A DNA stretch of 64,000 nucleotides from Trichoplax adhaerens (lineage: Eukaryota > Animalia > Placozoa). Made by a program: the position numbers and the translations under genes. A model generated the notes under the pieces. That model worked only from the letters and a program-made list of their open reading frames with translations. It was not told where the DNA came from and made no database searches. Location: NCBI RefSeq assembly GCF_000150275.1, contig NW_002060943.1:12781694-12845693 (forward strand). The letters are read 5' to 3'. Shown piece after piece: positions 1 to 14,600 of this stretch. Position 1 is the first letter of the stretch, and each line of letters begins with the position of its first letter.

Positions 1-3000
1 AAGCTTCTGTAATTTTGCAATATAGTGAAATTGTTTTCTACATTGTGTTTTTTGTCATTAGATTATATTTCTGCAGCCGAATGTGGATAGGATACATCGA
101 GCTGAATTTTTAAATATGCAAGGTTATGAGCACTGAACAAGGTAATTCTAACCTTAATTTAATAGAGTTCAATTATTCGTTATTCCTAGCACTCGTCCTT
201 TTTAGATTAGCAATAATTCTCTTATGTCAGAACTTTGGGTCAAATTAATACACTCTATTATAATTGCAATTTCAATAGAATTTCAATAGATAGTCTATAT
301 CCTATATGTCAAACTTAGTTATTCTTCAATTGTAGTTTTTTTCATCTGAACTCTCATAAATATTATTTAAATCGAAAATACAAAGTGATACGAAGTTAGG
401 GTAAGAAACGAAAAGGCCAGTTTTCAGCTATGGCTGTTACTAAATTTTATTTTAAAGTTTTTATGTGGTAAAAGGTTTGCATTTTGCTACTGTTGACGAA
501 CTATAATAAGCTAAAGTATTATAGAAATAGTAGATGTTGATAGGATCATCACGTTCAAATAAATAGGACCAGCTGTATCGTGAGCAAAATTAACTAACTA
601 AAATAGCTGTTGAAATTAATATAAGAGATTCTATACTAATAGGGATGTATTATCCATTGTTAATGATTACAAGAACATTATCGATTAAAGGTTTATGAAC
701 AAGGTTATCAGTTATTTATGCCTTATTGGAAAACGTAGATAGTAATATGTGGTATATTGGTGTCAATAGAAGTCGCTACTGCACTAATTTGCAAGTTAAT
801 TTTACTTATCAGACGATAAATGATGTTTTTGTCAATTGCATATAAAGTAAAATCTTTCTCTAATGGGTAGTTTTTATCCTTCGTTAAGATTGCACTCCCA
901 ATAAATTGGAAGACAAGCTATTACTATTACTCCATGCTAAGGTTTTCTTTGGATTTGAATTTTATTGCACGGTCAATTTAATTTCCTAGCATAATGAACG
1001 AGTTATTTACGTTATTTTCTGGGGAATATTTTCTAACTTTGATAAACCTTAGAAAAATTTTCGAATAGGCGACCATAAACGTATACGAGTGTATATATAC
1101 ATACAATCTACAGGGCGATTCATTCTTTCAATTTGTCCTATAAATGAAGAGTTGTCTGTCATTCGTAATACCAATTTCATTATTGAGAAGTTAAAATAAA
1201 TAAAATTGTATGAAAAGCATATTCAAGCGGTGTCAATATGCTATCATACAGCTCAGTTGGGTGAATTAAGATCATGCAAAGAGCTTAAATTAATTATATG
1301 CAATTCGGTCTTTGTGGACGAAGGGAACTAGTCAGCTTAAGAATAATCAAGAGCCGAAAATACTAATATTTTCCAGTAGACTTTGTAACAAGGGCAACAT
1401 CAAAACTGTAAAATTATTTGCTGTAGATTTTAAGCGGTATTCTCTCAGTATTAATTATTATTCACTTGGGAATACATAACAAGGTGAGAATAATCAAGTG
1501 TACAATATGGCTTTCATGGAATAGTTATTGTATCTCTCTGCCACAAATTGCTTGTAACAAAGACACTCAATCCAAAAGTTTAGAGTAAACACTCTGCGAT
1601 AATGTTGTAAATAGTGTTAGATATTACGATATATGTTACATTAGCTATTAGATAGAGCGTTAAGTATATGATTAGAATATCATGAATATCATCTGTATAA
1701 GTACTTACAATATGATGACTTGTATGTAGTCTTGTAATACCGTACACGATTATACTGTAAAAGGCGGACTGATAATTTATTATATATATATGTATATGTT
1801 GTAAAGTAAATAATAGCTATAATAGTTAGTAATTAGATGTAAGCTTAAAATGCCACGACGTAAAAAGGCAAAATGTGTAAACTGGAATATCTATAAATAC
1901 CCAGCGTTTTTAATAATAAAGGCAACATAACAGGTTCTTTATTTAGTCAACAGCAGGCTAAGTTCATCTACGAATGCATGGATTAACTTACGTCTATTAT
2001 ATAATTATCCAAAACGATTGCATAGCATAAAGGTGTAGATTAACCTCCTTTTATTATCCAAGACCGATTGCCTGGTATACAGTATATTATACAGTATATT
2101 AATACAACGCCGACTATACTTTGAGTAGAATAAAAGACAACTATTAAACACTCATGATCAGTGATGTCAAACCATCCAACTTTGAGCTATAATTACGCCG
2201 AGCTTCTATGATTTTCTCAGCCTTTGCTGGTACACACGAAATTAATATTTACGTACAATGAATAAAACAAGTTAACGATGAAGAAGTTATTTTAAGGGTA
2301 AAGGGCTTTATTCGCTAATTCGTTTTTCAATAAAGATAGATAGCTTCTTCTATAACCAAGACTTCAAAAAATTCTTTAATCAGGCCAATCTCCATATAGA
2401 TTTCATGAGAATATTGTTGTAACAAGCAATTTTAGTTCAAATAGCTGCTATCCTATCATCATTTACAGGCTCATATAAAGTTTCAAAGCATTATAGATTG
2501 CAAAACTTTTTCAAAGGCAATGAATTATGTTTTCCAATTGCGAGATAGTATGAGAGCACTCTGTATAATTATAAATTATATACCGTAGTGTATATGTTAA
2601 TATATGCATACTTCAACTGTATTCCCTAACACATAACTAATGTAATTAGCTAAAGTCATTAAAAATGCGAAATTGTGGTCAATCCTCTTTCGCCTACTGT
2701 CGATCATATTTATAGCAACTTTATGTTTCGTAACAATTGAGTATAATTATAATTAGTTATGTTACATAACGTAGAATAAGACTAATTGTATATGGATAAT
2801 TCAATGGATCGGTAGGATATAGGATTAGTTGCCATTTAGAGAATGGCACAAATGCCCTTAAAAGTAAGCAGATATTTTATGGTAGATAACAATTTGCATT
2901 CAAAAATGGGATAGTGAGTGAAAGCATTGAATGCGTATAAGCTGCCATGTACAATGTGAGAAATACAAGCACTGTAACTAGCACAAATGAAATTAGAGAC

Positions 3001-5605
3001 AGGAATAAGTAGTATTATTGTTTGTATTATTTAAGATGGAAAGCATGTTGTGAGTAAGATTTCAGGATGAAATACGTCATTTTTTTTTATAATAGTAAAT
3101 AGAACGGCGAAGAGTGAAGGATGGTAAGAAATGGTTAAACTGCTCGTAATTGCTGTATACGGTATAACAGGATGTACTACATTTTTATCTAGGGCAGGAG
3201 AACCTAAATAGAAGGTGTATTTAAAGTAATCTAGGATATCTATGATCAAGGAAATGCTGAAAGCACAATATATTTCTTAATCTACTGCAACTGGCGTCTT
3301 TACAATCATGATGCATGTTGACTTTGCTACGAAGAGAAATTGGATTTAGGATCTCACTTTATTCACATAATACTTCCTTCCAGTTCAATGTTCCATTTTT
3401 AATTAATCAATCATCTTTCACTTAGTGGTATTAACTTTTATTCATCAACTTTATACTTCTTCATTATAAATTACTGGGACTTGTTTCCTAGTATACAAGT
3501 ACACTATGTGATGATACAAATAGTATATTACAACACTAAGCAGGTATGCTTCGCTATACGGACAAAAAAAAGTTAAAATTTTCACTTTGTTAGCGTGATT
3601 TCTCTCTCCTACTCTACAGCTTACTACCAAGGAATATCTATAATAATATATAATATATTTTGATCTGAAGCAAATTTGAGCTGCACTACATATTATAAGC
3701 TAATAAGATCCAAGAGAATACTCGTCCCATTCAAGCAAGTCTTGAGATAATAATAATATTATAAATGACCAGATCAATAAGGATTCAGTCGTCTAAAAAT
3801 GTTTTAAGATCGCCACTAGTACTGTGATTGTATCCACAGTTCTTGCACTCCTGTTTGTTATCATCGTCTCATCCACGTGCATCAAAAACGAATTTTATTA
3901 TTAATAAATTGTCTTGCTAATAAGAGCTTAAGAACATTAAAGGAACACATCGCGTGATCGGTACGGAAGCATAGCAAGAAATTACATGTTTATAATGGCT
4001 ATGAAAGCATCCATTGAAAAATGATCACGAAGTGTTAGAATGGGGAAGACATAAAGTAATTGCATCCTAAAATCATGGTGATATGCAAATGAGACGGCTT
4101 CAAGGATTGAAGCGAGTAGAATTATCGTAATGCAGCATGCTTAATCCCCTTAGCTAGCTAGACGAATGATTTAACGCTGTGATATCATCGTATATGATAG
4201 CATTCTGTATCATATGCCGTCATCAATTGAAAAATAACCCAATAATAGCCAGTATTAAGATTACGGAAATAGTATTATAGCCAAAACAATAATATCTAAT
4301 AGTGTGATATTGTTTATGAATGTTATCATCCACGCGTATCTTTCTTTTAATCAGTATCGCTATTATTGTTGTGCTGAAGATTATTGTTCTATCCTAGCGG
4401 ATATAATCTTATTTACCCTTTCAAATAGTGACAAATAAATTAAATGTTATGATAATTGCATAAAAAAAATTTTAAGCGGATTCACTAGTTGTCACAGCAT
4501 CAGTTGCATAATAGAAAAATGCTTCTTTCTCATTCATGATTATTCCGAATTGATTGGAGAAGAAATTAGTTGACGAGGTCCATAAGTCGAATGTGATCTT
4601 CATTCATGGTAGAATAATTATTTTGATACTGATTTAGTCGAGATATTGCGACTTTTTTACCCCTTGCTATAGTATAGTTATCACAGATTAGAGAAGAGCA
4701 CTCTTGACTTGTTCATATTCGGAACTACAATAAATATTTTTAAATAGATTTGGGTAATAGTAGGATTTGTACTTTTTCGCTCAAATTCATGAAAACGATT
4801 TTCATCACCAGACACTAGTGGAGCCAATCCAAGAAGGAAACTACAGGCTTATTCATATCACAAATAAATTTAAACTCTACAATTAATGGTAAGTACCGGT
4901 ATTGCATTTCAAGTTTTCGTGAGAGATGATTTTTGATTAAAGTTCCTCAAATAAGGGTGATTGATTGCCGTCAAGTTCTAGTTACTGCTTCGCTAGAATC
5001 AAAAATAAAACTGAACGTGACTTTGATGGTGATATTATGGATTAGAACTATTACAAGAAAAGTTATATATATTTAAATATCAAATACTGAGGGATTCTTC
5101 CTATTTTTATTGAGCTCTAGGTAATTAAGCAGGAAAGAAATTAATATATGCTGTACCTTTAAGGACGTTTTAATTACTATTACAATAGCGAGATCATGAA
5201 TTCAAATGACTCAAATAAGGTATTCGGGATTTTTACGTATAAAATAATGAAAAGGCCCATGTAGTTCTAGCAGATAGTGAAAACAGGATTTGGAATTACT
5301 TATGACAACAAGTTCTGAGTATAATCTTAAAGATCAAAGATCCAAGGTGTTGAGTAGACATGCTGGATTTTTAAACCACTGATGATGCGAAATAATTCTA
5401 GATGGTGAACAACTAGTTTTGGCTGATAATATTTACTAGTTAGTAAAGATATTTAATGTATAAATTATCACATGATGATCGCATGAGTGAAATAGTATGT
5501 GCAACCTAATTTAAATTTCTAATTTGTTTCTGAATCGCCAAACCTTGGCTATTGTTGATTTATAGTCCTGACTAATGGCAAAAGGTGGCTGTGGATAAGT
5601 GAAAT

Positions 5606-8600
5606 ATGAAAGTTGCAGCTTTATTAAAATTAGGCTACGTAAGTTTAAAATTTGTCTACTCTGATCAATCTATTTATCTTTATATTATTTTTTCCTAATG
5701 TATTTCTCTAAAATTGTACTTAGATATTAATATTGTACCTAAGAATTGTGGTAGATGGCCATTCAATTTCCTTTAATAGTGAAGAAATCAATTTCCTTAG
5801 TCAATTTGTACATACGGAAAGCACCGATGTAGATGAAGTTTCCTACCCATCCTTGCAATCCAGTGCAACTGCAGGTATAACTGGGCATAACAGAAAATCA
5901 AAATTAACTTTAGAGAATTTATTGATGAATTACTCAATGCTTAAGATTATTAGCTATAAGTTTGATCACTAATCTGTAAGAATTGAACTTTCGTTTAACC
6001 TGTGTGTTGCCTGGATCACGTAGGATTGCAAATTACTGAATCGAGTTTTGATAAACCAACAACAATTACGGAATATTTAACACTGCTAGACGATGGATCT
6101 CACATTTTCTCAGGATCAAGTAGCTCCTTTGGTGATCTCACATCAGTTACTGCATTTTCTACACTAACTTCATCAGAAATTAAAGGTGATATTTTAGGAC
6201 GCTTTCAAGCTTCTTCACTTGTTATAAAAACAAGTCTAATAGCTAGCATAGCTAAATATATATAGGCCGTAACATATACACCTTTATTCCGCTTTATCAA
6301 GCTGTATTAGTTTTACTAATCAAAAGTGTCGATATCATTCCTCCACAACAACGAATAATCTTGTTACTTTTACTATATTTTCAGATGTTCTTGCTGAAAC
6401 TAGCAAAGCCAGCTCCAGCGAGGCCTCCTTAGAATGGATGGGATTTTCTTCTTCTAATGGGAGTATCATATCAGCGAGCCGTATTTATACTCTTAATAAT
6501 CAACAGGAATCTTTACAAAGTTTAGATACAGAGGATCGTCAAACAACGGTTACTTCCGTGTTAACCATGTCTATCTTATTAGAAGACGACAGTAAAGCTT
6601 CCAGAAGTCAAGATAAATTATCACTGACTACTGCTACAGAAAATTCTTTCGTTATTTCGTCTTTTGATTCTAGTTCGTCCGATATTATAACATCAGCTAT
6701 TAGTAACCTACATGAAGAAAACTCTTTAGATACGATGAAAGGCGAGAATTTAATATTATCTGTAATATCTACTCTAACTACAACTTTGGTTGATATGGTA
6801 AGAGAAAGTAGCAATACTGTGAATGTTAAAGATTCCTTATTGACTACAATAACTAAACGTGATTTCCTGTCTTCCACCTTGGATAATGCAGTCAAAGAAT
6901 CGACTGCAAGCATGTCCAATGACGATATCATAACTTATCAGGATAAAAATTCGTTTATTACCTTTCTAGTTGACACTTCATCAACTTTAAGCGAAATGCC
7001 TACGCTCTTACTTCTAGAGAATAGCAATAGTTTAAACCGTGTAGATGATTCTATCCATTCGAGTGATAAATTCTCATCTACAGTCTCTTTGCCGTTAACG
7101 GAGGAAGCTTCTACAAAATCCGTTACGACTACCATCATTCCAAATGATCAAGGCGAAAAGCCATTAATTTTGCCCACAGACATTTTGTCATCGTTAAAAT
7201 TCGACCATACCATATCGACGAGAAGTTTAAATACCCCGGATCAAAATGACTCGTTATCGAGTTTGCATCCAGAAAATCTTTACATGATAACCACAATTAC
7301 TACAAGCGTAATCACATCTTTTATATTGAAAGAAAACAGCATGATTTCCAGTGATCAAAATACTTTTTCAGTCATTACCGCTACCGAAATTGTTTTAATG
7401 AATTCATCTCTGGCTATTAGTGCATCAAATGTCGCGATATCCAACAGTGATACCGTCAATGAAGACGAAAGTTCTTCAAATAAGATAGATACAGACAATT
7501 TGGCATCAACCATAACATCCAGTCTGACTACAACTTTAGTTAACATCGTAAAGGAAAGCAGTGGGACTGAAGATATTGAAGACAATTTATTATTGACTAC
7601 GATAACTAAATCTGATTTTCTATCTTCTTCTTTGGACAATTTGGTACGAGATTCTGTAATAAGCATAACCAAAATTCAAACCTTCAGTATTCAAGATAAA
7701 AGTTTATTCAGTAATTATCTATTAGTCATGACGTCAACTTCAACTTTCATTTCTTCAACTGCAGCTACTGATGACCGGTACAGTCTAAACTATCTAAACC
7801 ATTTCACGGATTCCATTGGTGAGTTTTCGTCTTCAATACCTGCAAAATCAACAGAAAACCTTAATACCTTAGGTGATCAAAAGGAATCTTTGCCGAGTTT
7901 TGACACAGAAAATCTTTCCATTGGAACCATAGTTACTTCGATATTAACCACCTCTTTCATAAAAGCAGAAGCTAGTATGGTATCTAGTAGTCAGAATGAT
8001 TTTTCAATTGCTACCACTACCGAAAACTCGTTTCAGAGTTCACCTTTACCCTCGAATATTACAAATATCGTCATATCCAGTAGCAGTATCCTAAATGAAG
8101 AAGAAAATTCTTCAAGTAGGATAGATAAAGACAACTTGGCAACTACCATAACCTCAGATTTAACCACAACTTTAGTTATAACAGTAAAGGAAAGTAGCAG
8201 TACTACTGATGTTGAAGATAATTCATTATTGACTAGCATTACCAAATCTGATTTCCTACTTTCTTCAGTGGATCATTCAGTGAAAGATTTTGTTATAAGC
8301 AAGACCAATATCTATACCTTCAGTATTCAAGATAAAAGTTTTACTTCAATTTTAACCACTTCTTTAATAGAAAAAGAAACAAGTTTAGCTTTAAATAGTC
8401 AGCACGACTTTTCGATCGCTTCTACAATTGACAACTCATTCCATAGTCCATCTTTACATTCGGAAATATCCCATGCTGTCATATCAAGTAGCGGTATCCT
8501 AAATGAAGGAGAAAATTCTAAAATTACGCTACATACAAACAATTTGACATCTTATATCACATTTGATTTGACCACTACTACTTTGGTTGATATAATTAAA

Positions 8601-11600
8601 GAAAGTGGCAGTACTTTCGGTACTAAAGATGGTTCACCGATTACTGCATTTACTATCAGTAAAAATAATTTCCAATCTTCTTTCATGGACAATTCCATAA
8701 GAGATTCTGCTATAACTGAGACTGATGCATATACACAGAACATCCAAAATTCATTTCATAATCTCCTGTCTGAGTATACATCAACTTCAATTGAAATCTC
8801 TTCTATCCTATCCATAGGCAGCGAGAGTAGTTTAAAAAATCATGATGGTTTATCGTCCATTCCCATTACGAATCAACTTTCTACCATCCATAATTCATCC
8901 TTGATTATGACTGCAATAAATAATTATAACAGTCAATCCACTACCGGTATCAACGCCATAAATGATGAAAGCCTATTGCCAATCATTTCTGCTACAGACG
9001 ATGTGGCATCTAGCATAGATTCGACTCCAGTGATAATGGCCTCGATGATATCACATGAAAATAACAGCATTGCCCCCTATCATTCTATTTCATCGACAAT
9101 TATTTACACTGAAAATGTGTCTACCATTTCATCCATTAATTTTATTGAGGAAGAATCGAATACTTTAACCTCTAAGATCAATATCTCAAGTGAGCAAGAA
9201 GTACTCTCAAGAGTAACCACACCGGAAGATTATGCACTCAGTCTTTCATCGACTCTACCTGCACCCTTTTCTACTACATCCGAAGAATTTTCGAGTATCA
9301 ATCATCCAGAGCGATCTTCTTTCATGGCCGATATTGACGGCAATTTACTCACTTCCTCTATCCAGCATACGGTAGGTGATTTTACTACACAAATCAGCAG
9401 CATCAACACTTTAAGTGGCCAAGATGAAATCTTAACCATCGTAGACACAAATATTCTGCTGCCGAGTACCGAATCTATTCTAGGTAAAATATCTTCCATA
9501 TCCTCGATAAATAGCAATAGAATATCAGATTATCAAGACCATTTCATTTCAACCATAGAGAGTGAAGAACTTCCTACAATAGCATCTTCAATTGAAACGG
9601 AATATACTTTTACTTTAAAAACTCCAAGCCATTATGCGCAAAGTAACCAAGATGGTCATCAGGATAACTCTTTATCGATAATAAACACATATGATCGCTT
9701 CAATAGCATTACTTCTACTCTAGTTATAGCTGCATCCATCTTGCCAATAAGTGATAGTAGTCATAGTAAATTAGAGTACGACGAGAGTTTATCATCGATT
9801 GCTAATGTTGGCGTGCCAATGAATAGCGCCTTATACTTCTCAGAGAGTGAATCTGTTACATCAATCGCTAGCATCGCTATTCCAAGCGATGGAAAGAACT
9901 CTTTCATAGTCACAGATTCAAAAAATCTTGCATCCACTATTTTCTCCACGGAAATTGATACTGGATTGATCTCATCAGTGGACAGCCATAGCGCTTTCGA
10001 GTATCTAGAAAGCGTATCCTTTCAGCAAGCTATAACCTCAAAGGATTACTCGCTTAATCCATCTAGCAACTTGATAGAAAATGTATCTAGTGTAACAAGT
10101 AGCAATACGATAGAGCAAATTGACCAAGACAAGCCTTCATTTATAAGTAATGTAAGTCTACTTAGTAACGTTCTGTCAACTCCAGTAATGGTAGCATCTA
10201 TCTTATCAACATTCTTCGATCATAGCAGTATTTTAAATCATCCAGATCAATCCTTAGCTAGTGATAGTGAACAAAATCTTGCTTCCATCACCGAATCCAA
10301 TTTGGTTCTAATCCCATCTATTTTTCCAATCAATAATAGCAGTATTGAAGGTGATTTAGATAGTTTCTCCATCATTGTAGCATCAGGTTCGAATGCTGGT
10401 CCATCCACTGCAGATTTCAATAGAACACAAACGAATACTATTATAATATCAGCTACTGTTAATATCCTGAGCGATCAAGATGAATCTTTACTGATTGATG
10501 ATACAAAAGAAGTACTAACCAACATTAAATCTATATTAGAAGTATCGGCATCGGCAACATTAAACTATCTTGATAATACTTCTGAAAACAGAGAAGAGTC
10601 GTCCATTCTATCCTCAATTGCTACAGCAGAGAATTCATTCTTTGCCAACTCTAAATCGAACGAAAAGGATTTCATTGCAACAACTATCGATTTATTAAGC
10701 GATGTAGATCTATCCTTACCTTTTATTAACCAACAAAATAGTCAATCCACTGTATCCAATCCGTCTGCGATGCTATCCATTTTCCTAACGGATGATAATA
10801 GTCTCGTCGATTCTTCAGACAGCCTGTTATTGACTCCAGATATTGGTCTTGATAATGGTTTATTGACTAAGAGCTTTGATTCAATACAAACTGCTACCAC
10901 TATCATATCAACTAACGTCCATATCCAAAGTGATGAAGACGAATCTTTGGTGATCACAAATACAAAAGATTTCCTATCGAATCATCAATCCACGTTAATC
11001 ATAACAACATCTACTACAATCATGAACAGTATTGATATCTCTCAATATGCAGAGGATTCTTTACTGGTATTCTCCATAACTACTGAGGATAATTCGTATG
11101 TGATTAGTTCTAAATCTGTACAAAAGGATATAACTACAACAAATGTTAATATCCTAAGTGACCAAAACGGGTCTTTGCTGATGATTACCACGGGAGAAGT
11201 GCAACAAAATGTCTTATCCGTCAGCGAATCTAACCTGAATATAACCGCATCGAATGCTCTTATAATCACATCTGTTTTATCAATAGACGATGACAGCTTT
11301 ACAGCTTCTATAAGCAGTCTGCCATTGACTACAAATACTGATCATGAAGATAGCTTGCTAACAAATAACTCTGATTCAAAACAGATTACCTCCTTTACAA
11401 TATCAACCAACATCAATATCTCAAGTGATGAAGATGAATCTTTGCTGATCGCGAACACAGAAGATTTCCTGTCAAATCATAAATCCACATTAGTTACAAC
11501 CGATTTAATAGCGCTAATAAATACTAATGGTATCTCTCAATATGGAGATGATTCATCATTGATGTTACCCATTGCCACTAAAGATAATTCTTTGATGACT

Positions 11601-14600
11601 AATTCTAAATCTGTACAATACAATTTAGCCATTACAAGTATCCATATCATAAGCGATCAATCTTTGCTAATTAATACAGAAGAAGAGCCACAAAATCTCT
11701 TATCCATTAGCGAATCTAGCCTGGATATAACCGCGTCAAATTCTCTTATAATCACATCTGTTTTACTGGTAGACGATAGCAGCTTTACAGATTCTTTAGG
11801 CAGTCTGTCGTTGGCTACTACAAACACTGGCCTTGGTGATAGTCTGTTAACCAATAGCCTTAATTTAATACAAACTATTTCAGCTGCAGAATTAACTAAT
11901 CTCAATATCTTAAGCGATAAAGACAAATCTTTGGTGATCGTTGACACAGACGATTTCCAATCGAATCATCAATCCACGTTAGCTATAACGGCGTCTGCTA
12001 CATTTATGAACACCAACGGTATCTCTCAATATGGAGAGATTTCATCAATGATATTCCCTATTGCCACTGAGGATAATTCGTTCGCGACTAGTTCTAAATC
12101 TGTACAAAATAAATCAGCTACAACAAGTATCACCATCCTAAGTGATCAATCTGTACTGATTAATACAGAAGAAGTGCCACAAAATCTCTTATCCATTAGC
12201 GAATCTAACTTGAATATAACCGCATCTAATCCTCTTATAATCACATCTGTATTACTGTTAGACGATAGCAGCTTTATAGATTCTTCCGGCAGTTTGTCAT
12301 TTATGACGAACAGCGGCCTTGATGATAGTCTATTAACTAACAACCTTAATTTAATACAAACCGTCTCTGCTGCAGAATCAACCGATCTCAATAGCTTAAG
12401 CAAAGAAGATGAATCTTTGGTGATCGCTAACACAGAAGATTTCCTATCGAATCATCAATCCACGTTAGTTAGTGGGGTATTCCTAAATACTAACGGTATC
12501 TCTCAATATGGAGAGGATTCATCATTGATGTTACCCATTGCCACTGAAGATTATTCGTTCACGACTGGTTCTAAATCTATACAAAACAATTTAGTTACAA
12601 CAAGTATCGCTATCCTAAGTGATCAATCAGTACTGATTGAGACAGAAGAAGTGCCACAAAATCTCCTATCCATTAGCGAATCTAACTTGGATATAACCGC
12701 ATCTAATCCTTTTACAACCACGTCTGTTTTACTAGTGGACGATAGCAGCTTTATAGATTCTTCCGCAATTCAGTCGTTTACTATGAATATCAATCTTGAT
12801 AATAGCCTGTTGACGAACAGCCTTAATTTAATACAAACCGTCTCTGCTGCAAAATCAACCAATCTCAATAGCTTAAGCAAAGAAGATGAATCTTTGGTGA
12901 TCGCTAACACAGAAGATTTCCTATCGAATCATCAATCCACGTTAGTTAGTGGGGTATTCCTGAATACTAACGGTATCTCTCAATATATGGAGGATTCATC
13001 ATTGGTATTTCCTATTACCATAGAGGATAATTCGCTCACGGCTAGCTCTAAATCTGTTCAAAACAATTTAGCTACAACAAGTATCACTATCCTAAGTGAT
13101 CAATCAGTACTGATTAAAACAGAAGAAGTGCCACAAAATCTCCTATCCATTAGCGAATCTAACTTGGATATAACTGCATCTAATCCTTTTACAACCACGT
13201 CTGTTTTACTAGTGGACGATAGCAGCTTTATAGATTCTTCCGCCATTCAGTCCTTTACTATAAATACCAATCTTGATAATAGCCTGTTGACGAACAGCCT
13301 TAATTTAATAGAAATCGTCTCTGCTGCAAAATCAACCAATCTCAATAGCTTAAGCAAAGAAGATGAATCTTTGGTGATCGCTAATACAGAAGATTTCCTA
13401 TCGAATCATCAATCCACGTTAGTTAGTGGGGTATTCCTGAATACTAACGGTATCTCTCAATATATGGAGGACTCATCATTGGTATTTCCTATTACCATAG
13501 AGGATAATTCGCTCACGGCTAGCTCTAAATCTGTTCAAAACAATTTAGCTACAACAAGTATCAATATCATCAACGATCAATCTGTACTGATTAATACAGA
13601 AGAAGAGCCGCAAAATCTCCTATCCATTAGCCAATCTAACTTGGATACAACCATATCTAATCCTCTTATCATTACATCTGCTTTACTAGACGTTAGCATC
13701 TTTACAGATTCTTTTGGCAGTCTATCGCTCACTACAAATATCGGCCTTGATGATGGTCAGTTGATGAACAGCCTTAATTTACTACAAACTATCTCCAAAG
13801 TAACATCAACTGATCTCAATATCTATAGTGATGAAAAAGAATCTTTGCTGACTGCTGACACAGAAGACTTTCCATCGAATCATCCATCTGCATTAGTCAT
13901 AACAACTTTGACTACATTAATTAATACCAACAGTATCTCTCAATATGTAGAGGATTCATCATGGAACTTCCCCATCGAGGATAATTCGTTTACGACTAGT
14001 TCTAAATCTGTACAAAACAATTTAGCTACAACAACCATCAATATCCTTAGTGATCAATCTGTACTGATTAATACAGAAGAAGTGTCACAAAATCTCTTAT
14101 CCATTAGCGAATCTAACCTGGATATAACCGCATCTAATCCCCATATAATCCCATCTGTTTTACCAATAGACGATAGCAGTTTTACAGGTTCTTCAGCCAG
14201 TCTGTCGTTGACTACAAATTTCGGCCTTGATGATAGCCAGTTGACGAATAGCCTTCATTTAATACAAACAATCTCCGCTGCAAGATCTACTGATCTCAAT
14301 AGTTTAAGCGATGAAGATGAGTCCTTAATGATCGCTGATACAGAAGACTTCCTATCGAATCATCCATCCTCATTTATTACTACAACTTTTACTACATTCA
14401 TGACTAGTAATAATATCTCTGAATACGTAGAGGATTCATCATTGGTGTTCCCCATTGCCACCGAAGATGATTCGTTTACGACTAGTTCTAAATTTGTACA
14501 AAGCGATTTAGCTGCAACAAGTATCACTATCCTAAGCGATCAATCTGTGCTGATTAATACAGAAGAAGTGCTACAAAATCTCTTATCCATTAGCAAATCT

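Noticed and set aside
78-142. Exon-like segment (CAG acceptor, AG|GTAATT donor) at the window start
   Set aside because: Stops in all three frames; it cannot be linked to a gene within the window.
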